A stretch of DNA of 64,000 nucleotides from Takakia lepidozioides (lineage: Eukaryota > Plantae > Bryophyta). Of the stretch, positions 39,401-49,700 are shown piece by piece. Every line of letters begins with the position of its first letter. Within the stretch, counting starts at the first letter, position 1. Below the pieces are notes generated by a model. The model had not been told where the DNA came from. It saw only the letters and a list, made by a program, of their open reading frames with translations, and made no database searches. The stretch covers positions 76,570,001 through 76,634,000 of the forward strand of contig CM060731.1 of NCBI GenBank assembly GCA_030704615.1, written 5' to 3'. The position numbers and the translations under genes were made by a program.

Positions 39401-42400
39401 TGAACCATTTTTTAATGACCTCGTACTTGTTCGGTACCTGTTTGACGGCATGTAAAATATACTGGCAAAGTTTCAAAATAATCAAAAATTGCTGAATGAA
39501 GATACCATTGGTTCACCCATTGCAATATTTTAAATCGAACCCATACTTGTCCGGTACCTTTAAGAGGGCATGTACAATGCAATGGCAAAGTTTGAAAGCA
39601 TTCAGAAATCGGCACATTAAGTAACCATGGTCCATTGGTTCCTCCTGTGAACCATTTTTGATTGATCTCATACTTGTCCGGTCCATGTAAGAGGCATGTA
39701 GAACATACTGGAAAATTTCAAATCATTCAAATTTTTTTGGATCAAGGAACCTTTGGTTTATCCTTTTCACCATTAACGATTAATCACAAATAAATGAACA
39801 GACGAATAAATCATTTACCTCCAAATGATTTTGGTTCGCTTTGAGACTTGGCCAGTATATTCAATGTACCATGGAAGAGGCCCCAGAGTAATATGAGATC
39901 AATCGAAATTCGTTCAATGGGCCAACGGATGGTTGCCCATCCAAATGATTTTCGTTCGCTTTTAAACTTGGCCCAGTGTGTTCAATGTACCCTCTGATAG
40001 GTCCCAGTGTAATATGAGATCAATCGAAATTCGTTCGATGGGCCAATAAGGCGTTCAGTTGTCATCTGGTTTTTGTTCATTGCGAAAAAGAAATCCTGCA
40101 ATGCGTGCACGGCTATTGCACCCATTGAATGGATGTGGTTGAAGCCCCTCTTTTGCCCGCATGTGCTTGAACATGTGTGTGACACATCTGCGGAGACACA
40201 ATAGACGAATAAATCATTTGCCTCCCCTTTTAAGCCAATAAATAAGTTTGCACTGCCTTTCATTTGGGGTTTCTGGCATATATCGATTTTGTTTTTAGCT
40301 CAATTTTGTTCTACGGCTTCCAGCATCCCACCACTACTCCCCCGCCAAAATTTGGACCAATCAAAAATGCCCCGAAAAAAAAATGTTCTCTTCGCTCACT
40401 ATTGCATAGCTCTCTATGAAGAGTGCATGAAGTTGAACACAAATCAAGTTTGGAGTGCAAAACAGGGAAGAAAACTGTGGTTTTGGGTCCAAATGAATTA
40501 TGTTCGCTCCCAAATTTGGCACGCACGTTGCATATAGCTACATTACACGCCCCATTAAAAAACAAAATGAAAAAAAAATCGTGAGCACGCGAAACACAGT
40601 CCAACAGGTCCCAAAGCAATAGCAGATCTAGCGGAATATATTCAACAGGTGAACGGATGGTTGCCCATCCAAATCATTTTTGTTTGCTTCCAAACTTTGC
40701 CAGTACATTTGAGACACCCTCTTATAGGTCCCGGACTAATATCAGATCAATCAAAATTCATTCAATGGCTCAATGGATGGTTGGCCATCGAGATGATTTT
40801 GGTTCGCTTTGAGACTTGGCCAGTATGTTCAATGTGCCATGGAAGAGGCCCCAGAGTAATATGAGATCAACCGAAATTCGTTCAATGGGCCGACGGATGG
40901 TTGCCCATCCAAATGATTTTCGTTCGCTTTGAGACTTGGCCAGTGTGTTCAATGTACCCTCTGATAGGTCCCAGTGTAATATGAGATCAATCGTTAACGA
41001 TTAATCATGAATCATCCAATATGGGAACTGTTGGTTTACCCTTTGAACCATTTAACATTGACATCATACTTGTCCAATAACTTTAAGAGGGCATTTACAA
41101 GACACTCGCAAAGTTTCAAATGAATCCAAAATCATTTGGCAGGGGAATGATTGGTTCACCCGTAGCTAATTTCAGGGGCTGAAATTGCCATTTATGGGGC
41201 TCGAATTGCCAATTTCAGGGGCTGGACTTGCAATTTGAGGGGTTGAAACTGCCATTCCAAGGGCTTCAATTGCCAATTTCAGGGCCTGCACTAGCAATTG
41301 TCATTTCACTGGCTACAGTTGCAATTTGAGGGGTGTTTGAATTGGTTATTCAAATTCATAAGGAGAAACAACATTTCGCCTACACATGAATTGTTTTTAA
41401 TTCCATTCTGAAGCCTTATGCTTGATAAAAACATGAAGAGTTGCATGCAAAATATCACCATGAACAGACATCGTCTGCATCCAAAACACATTTTATTCCC
41501 TCATTTGCACTCCAAGGTGAAGTTATCTTCAACTTCATGCACTCTTCATAGAGAGTTCTGCAATAGTGAGCATAGAGCAAAGAATGAACGTTTTTTTCCA
41601 AACATTTTTCTTTGGTACATTTTTTGGCAAGGATGTGGTGGTGTGAGGGTTCAACTCACAAAACAAAATCAAGCCAAAAACAAAATCATTGCGCCCCACA
41701 ATCCTATGCCATCTAAATCATTTTATTTAGTAAAAATCCAGTTCAATTCAAAATTGGATGAAAAGGTGAACGGAAACTTCCCCGATGAAATGATATTTTA
41801 TTGCTCCAAAACTTTGCAAGTGTCTTCTACATGCCCTCTTACACGTCTTTGAGAAGTATGACATCAATCTAAAATGGTTTAAAGGGTGAACCAATCGTCC
41901 CCCTACCAAATGATTTTAAATTGATTTGAAACTTTGCAAGTGTCTTGTACATGCCCTCTTACAGGTCTTTCTCAAGTTTCAAATCAATCTAAAATGGTTG
42001 AAAGGGTGAATCAATCATGAACATATCAAATGATTTTGGAGTGCTTTAAAGCTTTGCAAGTGTCTTTCACATGCCATTTTAAAGGTACCGGACAAGTATG
42101 AGGTCAGTAGAATATGGTTGAAAGGGTGAACCAATTGTTCCACTATCAAATGGTTTTACATTGCTTTGAAGCTTTGCAAGTGTTACCCACATGCCCTCCT
42201 ACAAGTACCGGACAAATATGACGTGAATAAAAAATGGTTGAAAGGGTGAACCAATCATTTCGCTATCAAATGATTTTATATTTGCTTTGGATGGTTCAAC
42301 TTTGGTCCATATGTGCTTAAGTACGTACAAATCACGTACCCAAAGTTGCAAGCGAAGAAATAATCATTTGCCCCCCGAACGACTCGTTAAACCTTTCAAC

Positions 42401-42570
42401 CAAATTTCAATCATGAATCATTTAATAGGGGAACTATTGGTTCACCCTTAGAACCATTTTAGATTGACCTCATACTTGTCCGATAACTTAAAGAGGGCAT
42501 GTACAACACACTCCCAAAGTTTCAAATCAATCTAAAATCATTTGGCAGGGGAACGATTGGTTCACCCATT
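39400..42570. repeat. ~120-bp repeat clusters in alternating orientation, plus a ~200-bp inverted pair
   Basis: 120-bp periodicity is clear at 41881/42001/42121/42241. Opposite-orientation copies at 39401-39760, 41044-41160 and 42450-42570. ~39822-40026 is duplicated at ~40790-40992. ~40330-40470 is inverted at ~41500-41640. Confidence 0.85.
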
Positions 42571-42774
42571 GACCCGGTGTACACTGTTACTCTTCAAGAT
42601 TCGTGGGTGTGGTGCTTGATTATCCCATATGATGGACCCAGGTGTCATGGCCAAGTAACAAACCATTAAAACATTATGGTACGAGACAAACACAATTGAA
42701 AACAACATTTATTCAAACATGATGTAGCGTCAGAGGTCTACAAGTTTCTATCCATCCTCCAGCAATTTTGGGGC

Positions 42775-44178
42775 TCAGGCCAATTGAATAGCCCCGTCAT
42801 GAAACGCTTCACAACATTTTTCTAGTTTGTACCGCAACTCTACTGTGTCTACACACAAGTTTTCCAGAGCGGAAGCAAAATAGGTTCCAGTAGACATATC
42901 GTTGAACAGGCTTGTATCGAACGTGTTACCCCCATTTATTGCCTGGGCTATCTTCTCAATTGCGAAGGTCTCTGATGGCACAGTTAGAGGGGGCCTACGA
43001 GGTGTGCCATATGACTGGTTGTTGGCTACATTATGAACAATTGCAATTTCAGGTGCAATCCACTATGTGCGAGAGTCTTTATCATCTTGTCTCTGCTCTC
43101 GAAAATGTACAACGTGGTTTTTGGGTCATCCGTCGTGGAGGCCATCCCCAATCGCATACCCCGATGTACACATCTTCAGACCCTTGTGGAAAATGCAATA
43201 AGATGTTGTCGGGGGACATGTCGTTGTGCAAGAGGTGGTGATTATGGACATTGAGCATGTTGTGCAAAAGCGCCCATGTCAATTGGGTGCGATTCTGTCG
43301 GAATCGAACCAGTCGGTTGACCTCCTGCATTTCCTACTCCGTCCCCCGTCGTTCCATTAACTCCCTGTTATCCCGATCATTCCCTCATTCCCTACTCAAC
43401 CATGATCGTATGGTCCTCCCATTCCATCAATGTGTGTAACCTTCATTTCGACGTTGATGCAACGCAAAATACTTTATGATGCCGAAATGATGGAACTTTA
43501 CAGCCAACGCCTCATTGTTATGTTGGACTTTGGCAAGCTCAACATTTGTTTCCCTGGGCATTTTCCCTGCTAGCTCCCAAGATGAAGGAATGAATTGATC
43601 CCCAACAATTCTAACCCTCCGAATTGTACCATACCCTCCCTGTTTGGGCGCGTCGAGTTGTTGTACCTGTGCGTTTGTGGATATGTATCTCACGTTCAAT
43701 GCCGCATCCGCAGACGAGGACCCTGCCTTCCATGGGAGTGGTTTTGTACGTCGTTTGGCGTGGGCCTTTGCCATGTCAGACCACCAATCCACAAGCACAA
43801 ACAACTCCTCCTCCGAAGTTGGCATACGACCTTCAGCTACAGGTGTTCTCGTAACAAACTTGTCCATGGTTTGCCTCAGATTCCATGTGACATCATGGGC
43901 CGGTCCTCCATCCATTTCATGAATTGGAACTTTGCCCTGTCCTCCTCCCATTCATCCCCGGCCAAAGCCTCCCTCATTCTCATCTCCATATTGTGCTGGA
44001 ATCTAATAAACCCCTCATTCCCATGTCGGACATACAAAATATTCAAACGCATTGTGTCATTGTCCTTCAAATAATCCTCTGCGCTTGGATAGTTTTTTTC
44101 GTTGACCTGACTATCCCGTTCATGTGCATGTTTACGCTTCCTACCTTTACGCCCACTTCCCGAGGAACCCCCTGACAC
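42775..44178 (-). pseudogene. Ser/Thr-type protein kinase (transposon cargo), disrupted
   Basis: Gly-loop KQGGYGTIRR, LAGK, helix-C NEALA, catalytic HNDMSPDNILL and DWG occur in correct order across stops and frameshifts. No introns evident. Confidence 0.8.
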
Positions 44179-44589
44179 TGCGTTCGAAGCAACGTTCCGG
44201 ACATGATGAAAGTACTCTGCGGAATAGACGCGGCTTCGTAACGGAAAACTAAACTCAGACTATTGATAACCTTATATACTAGCAGACCAATTTCCTCACC
44301 CTCTATTGATATAGTACCCAAAGCAAATTCTCCCGCAGTCCCAAGAAAAAAGGTGAAAACTCCTCCCCACACAAATCTACTTTCTCCCCCCCCCCCACGC
44401 TCAATCCTGGCCACCGAAGTTCAAACTCCAAGAAGCCCCAGAACCGCACTCACGGAGAGGGAAAAAAGTGGGTTGGGAATGAGGGGTAGGCCCTTATATA
44501 CTGCCTGGAGAGGCCTAGCGTGCGACCGCCTCTGCTGCCCGTTCACGCCTCGCCACGTGTCCAGGGAACAATCGCACCTAATAACAAAA

Positions 44590-44990
44590 AAGAAAATGTG
44601 CGACCCCCTATAAGCGGTCGCACCTAATAACAAAAAAAAAAAGAGTCTATGACCACCACCGGCTGGTGGTCGCACCCATTTAAAAAATAATTAAAAATGT
44701 GCGACCATCCCCTGCTGGTGGTCGCATCTATTTTTTTTTAAATGAAAAAGTTGCGACCACCACCTACTGGTGGTCGCACCCAATTTTAAAAAAAGAAAAA
44801 ATGTGCGACCACCCTCTGCTTGTGGTCGCACCTATTAAAAAAAAATGAAAATGCTGCGACCACCACCTGCTGGTGGTCGCACCCATTTAAAAAATAAGAA
44901 AAAACGTGCGACCACCCCCTTCTGGTGGTCGCACCTATTTTTTAAAAAATAAAAATTTGTCCGACCAACCTTTGCTGACGGTCGCATGAT
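44590..44990. repeat. ~52-bp tandem array of TGCGACC(ACC)-N-(GGT)GGTCGCA palindromes with A/T-run linkers, 8 units
   Basis: Units at about 44599, 44650, 44700, 44752, 44804, 44855, 44907 and 44960. Confidence 0.9.
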
Positions 44991-45136
44991 TCACAATATA
45001 AATCATAATATATGAATTTTACAAATAATTAAAGAAGTCCACGTAATGAGGCCACATCGGTTGCCATGTCGGTTCTCATAGTAAATAGTCAATAATAAAG
45101 TAAAAAAATGAACATATTTATGTACAGTAACGTCGG

Positions 45137-45225
45137 TTTAGGACGTGACGTGACGCACGTCCGTCGCTGATGTCGAATGTGACGATGACACGTCAACGCC
45201 ACGTCACGTCCAAATTTGCAACTAG
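45137..45225. other. Hairpin and putative element terminus (...TTTGCAACTAG)
   Basis: GGACGTGACGTG...CACGTCACGTCC inverted repeat. The upstream minus-strand ORF is cut off at this point. Confidence 0.55.
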
Positions 45226-45735
45226 GACATATTGAACCCGCTGCACCCGAAGGGACTCCCAATCAACAAAATGCAGCTCGCTCTTGCACCAAGGCACCCC
45301 GGTGAGGGCTTTCAATTTCGGAATGACACTCATTATCTCCTGCAATTCGTCATCATCCAAGAATGGAGTCTGCACTGGCGGAGGAATTTCATAAACATCC
45401 TCCGAGGACAAGTTTGAAAGAGTCACGAATGTGGTGGATGTGCTCACCTCTTGTTTCACATGAACTAGGCCCTTCTGCTGCACGACCGATGCTACAGTGC
45501 CAGGGGTAAGTACTGATCCCGCTGATTGTCTTCTCTCTTTTCCAAGGACGCGGTATGTGCCTGGAAGGACTCTCCACTTCCTTCCACACTCGCCAACTAA
45601 TGGTCTCTCCAAGTGCCCAGAATCCAAATTCTCATCCTCGTCATACACCTCTTTTTGAACAAGCAGAGAACCCAATTCCAGAGGGAACACTGTAACCAAC
45701 TCATCCTCATGAACAACTGCAAAACCCATCGTCAT
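45226..45735 (-). pseudogene. Probable N-terminus of a GCM/SWIM-type MULE transposase, truncated
   Basis: Ends in KLKALTGVPWCKSELHFVDWESLRVQRVQYV, which I recall preceding LPP..GD..FELPP and a GCM-like domain in bryophyte transposase-like proteins (recall only, unverified). Confidence 0.45.
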
Positions 45736-46785
45736 CTACAGTGCCAGTCAATGGAAGACTATCTGCATTGGAATGAAATCGAGCGAGTCTATCTCCCTCC
45801 CTCGACATGTTTTCCTAAACTGACCCAAAGTTGCGATCCACAAAGGGTCCCCCGAACTGATAGCCTGCAATTCCCGAAAAGGGGATCCACCCCAAACGAA
45901 CTGAGGTGAGTAAGGGTAGCACTGACCCAAAGACTGCGGGCGATGCATTCAACGGACGTAAGAATGACATGCACGTTGAAAGTCTCCACTGAACTTCGCA
46001 GTCTGCCACACTGGGATACACCAACCAGATAAACCATTTTCAAAGACAAGAAGCCAGAAGAAGCCGTGTTGTATTTGGATGAAAAAACAAACCTTGACAT
46101 GAAACCATCCATTATGGAAAGACGACAACGACCCTGGAGACCAGTAAACAGGAAATCCTGAATCTAATGAGGTTGTGCTATGCCAGAAGAGCACAACACA
46201 AACACTGACACTCCGGGGGACACCTCGAACAAATGTGTGCAACACATCACCATTGCCGACTCAAACTTTTATACCGAATGACCGCATTGCGACAGTGACG
46301 GCAAAATGCAAACCGCTGGGTAGGCAGTACAACATACGTGGATGCATATGTGAAGCATCACAATTATTGCGAATCTGCAAATACTACTCGAAATTGAACT
46401 AGCAATAGATTTTTATGGCACTTCGGAATTTGAAAGAATGCAATAAGGCTGCCATGTATTGGCTGCTGGCAAAGTACATCTGACATATATCACAAATACA
46501 TGCAACGGCATTGGAAGTGCCACCACTTTTTTTTTGGATAATACAAAGACGCATAAATGGATGAATTCTGTTCGTACACAATGATGACACCCGCATCCAA
46601 ATACGGTTAACAATGTCCAATTTTTATTTTGGTTACATTCCAAAGCAACCCTTGTTACAAACGTCAAACTGGAGAGCACTAGAGGCAGCGTGGGGAGCCC
46701 TTGTTTCCACCGGAGGAGGAAGAGAAGGAAGTCGTTATACTTTACGAGCACTAGGGACAGAAATAGAGCCAGACATAGAATAAGG

Positions 46786-49700
46786 ATGGAAAGAGTAGAC
46801 GAAGAGGAAAAAGAAGAAGAAGAGGGCAAAGAGGAAAGTTTGGCGATGGAAGAGCCGGATTCTGGAGAAGAACAGCAGCCCGCCATACTTCCGAGAACAG
46901 GTGAGGAGGAGACTGCATCCGAGGGAGAGTCGGACGCCGAAGATGATGTTGATGTTGGACTCACGAAGAAGCAGATAGTGGAAAAGAGGATGGGGGAGAT
47001 GCTCCAGAACATGCTCGGCGTAGAGAGCAGTCCGAAGCGCAAAGGGTCTCCGGCGATTGGGGAGTCTTCTGGAGAAGCTAAAAAAAAGGTACAAGTGATG
47101 TCCACACCTATTTGGAAGCTCAAACAGAGTGCGGCAACGCACACTGTTTGAGACCCTGTCTTTGTGCTTCATTTTTGATGTGAAAATTGGTCAAGTTGGG
47201 CCTATTTGTCTGGTTCAATCCACCACTGAATGGAATCTCAAATAGTGTCCGGCAACGCACACAATTTGAGACCCCATTTGTGCTTCTCTTTTGATATGAA
47301 AATCGCCCACATACGGCATCTCTGTCTAGTTCAATCCACCACTATTTGGAAGCTCAAACAGTGTGCGGCAACGCACACTGCTTGAGCGCCAACTTTGTGC
47401 TTGTTCGGCCACAAACGAGCCTGTCTGTCTGGTTCAATCCACCACTATTTGGAATCTCAAATAGTGTGCGGCAACGCACACAATTTAAGACCCCATTTGT
47501 GCTTCTCTTTTGATATGAAAATCGTCCACATACGGCATCTCTGTCTGGTTCAATCCACCCCTATTTGGAAGCTCAGACAGTGTGCGGCAACGCACACTGC
47601 TTGAGCCCCAACTTTGTGCTTGTTTTTTGATACGAAAATCGGCCACAAACAAGCCTGTCTGTCTGGTTCAATCCACCACTATTTGGAAGCTCAAACAGTG
47701 TGCGGCAACGCACACTGTTTGAGCCCTTTTTTTTTGCTTGTTTTTTGAAGTGAAATTCGGGCACATAGGGCCACCCTGGCAGGTTGAATCCACCACGATT
47801 TGGAAGCTCAAACAGTGTGTGACAACTCACACTGTTCTGAGCCCCCTCTCTACATGTTTTTTGATATGAAATCGGGCCCCTAGGGCCACTCTGAAAGATT
47901 CAGTCCACCCCGAACTGGAAGCTCAAACAGTGTGCCGCAACGCACACTGTTTTGAGCCCCATCTCTGCTTTGTTTTCTATGTGAAAATCCGGCCCCTATG
48001 GCCACTCTGGCAGGTTGAATCCACCCCAAATTGGAAGCTCAAACAGTGTGCGGCAACGCACACTGTTTGAGCCCCCTTACTTGCTTGTTTTTAGATGTGA
48101 AAATCAGGCACCTAGAGCCACTCTGGCAGGTTGAATCCACCCCGAATTGGAAGCTCAAACAGTGAGCGGCAACGCACACTGTTTTGAGCCCCCTCTCTCC
48201 TTGATTTTTGATGTGAAAATCGAGCCCCTAAGGCTAATGTGGCAGGTTGAACCCACCCCGAATTGGAGGCTCAAACAGTGTGCGGCAACGCACACTGTTT
48301 GAGCCCCCTTACTTGCTTGTTTTTTGATGTGAGAATCGGGCACATAGGGCCACTCTGGCAGGTTGAATCCACCCGTTATTGAAAGCTCAAACAGTGTGCG
48401 GCAACGCACACTGTTTGAGCCCCCCTTTGTGATTGATTTTTGTTGTGAATAGGCCACATAGGGCCACTCTGGCAGGTTGAATCTAACCCTTATTGGAAGC
48501 TGAAACAGTGTGCGGCAACGCACACTGTTTTGAGCCCCATCTATGCTTGTTTTTTAATGTCAAAATCGGGCCCCTAAGGCTATCTGGCAAGTTGAAACCA
48601 CCCTTTATTGGAAGCTCAAACAGTGTGCGTTGGCGCACACTGTTTGAGCCCCCCTTTGTGATTCATTTTTGTTGTGAAAATAGGCCACATAGGGCCACTC
48701 TGGCAGGTTGAATCCAACCGTTATTGGAAGCTCAAACAGTGTGTGTGAACGCACACTGTTTTGAGCCCCTTCTTTTTTGATGTGAAAATCGGGCCCCTAA
48801 AGCTACTATGGCAGGTTGAATCCACCCATTATTGGAAGCTGAAACAATGTGCGGCAACGCACACTGTTTGAGCCCCGTTTCTAGCTTGTTTTTTCATGTG
48901 AAAATTGGGCATATAGGGCCACGCTGGCAGGTTGAATCCACCCCTTATTGGAAGCTCAAACAGTGTGCGCCAAACGCACACTGTTTGAGCACCCTTACTT
49001 GCTTGTTTTTTTATGCTTTCAAGACCCCAACTTTGTGCTTGTTTTTTGATTTGAAAATCGGCCATAAATGAGCCTGTCTGTCTGGTTTAATTCACCACTA
49101 TTTGGAAGCTGAAACAGTGTGCGCCAATGCACACTGTTTGAGCCCCCTTACTTGCTTGTTTTTTGTTGTGAAATTCGGGCACATAGGGCCACTCTGGCAG
49201 GTTGAATCCACCCTGAATTGGAAGCTCAAACAGTGTGGGGCAACGCACACTCTTTGAGGCTCCTTACTTACTTGTTTTTAGATGTGAAAATCGGGCACCT
49301 ACAGCTACTCTGGCAAGTTGAATCCACCCCGAATTGGAAGCTCAAACAGTGTGCGGCAACGCACACCGTTTGAGCCCCCTTACTTGCTTGTTTATGGTGT
49401 GAAAATCGGGCACATAGGGCCACTCTGAGAGGTTGAATCCACCCATTATTGAAAGCTCAAACAGTGTGCGCCAACGCACACTGTTTGAGCCCTGTTTTTT
49501 GCTTGGTTTTTGATTTGAAAATCGGGCACATAGGGCCACTCTGGCAGGTTGAATCCACCCCTTATTGGAAGCTCAAACAGTGTGCGCCAACGCACACTGT
49601 TTGAGCCCCGTTTTTTGCTTGTTTTTTTATGTGAAAATCGGGCATATAGGGCCACTCTGGTAGGTTGAATCCACCCCTTATTGGAAGCTCAAACAGTGTG

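Noticed and set aside
44590-44990. CRISPR array
   Set aside because: Linkers are low-complexity A/T runs; no cas genes; eukaryotic context.
47395-49655. Multiple short ORFs with repeated RCRTLFELP / VCGNAHCL peptides
   Set aside because: They are translations of the tandem repeat, broken by indels in every frame.
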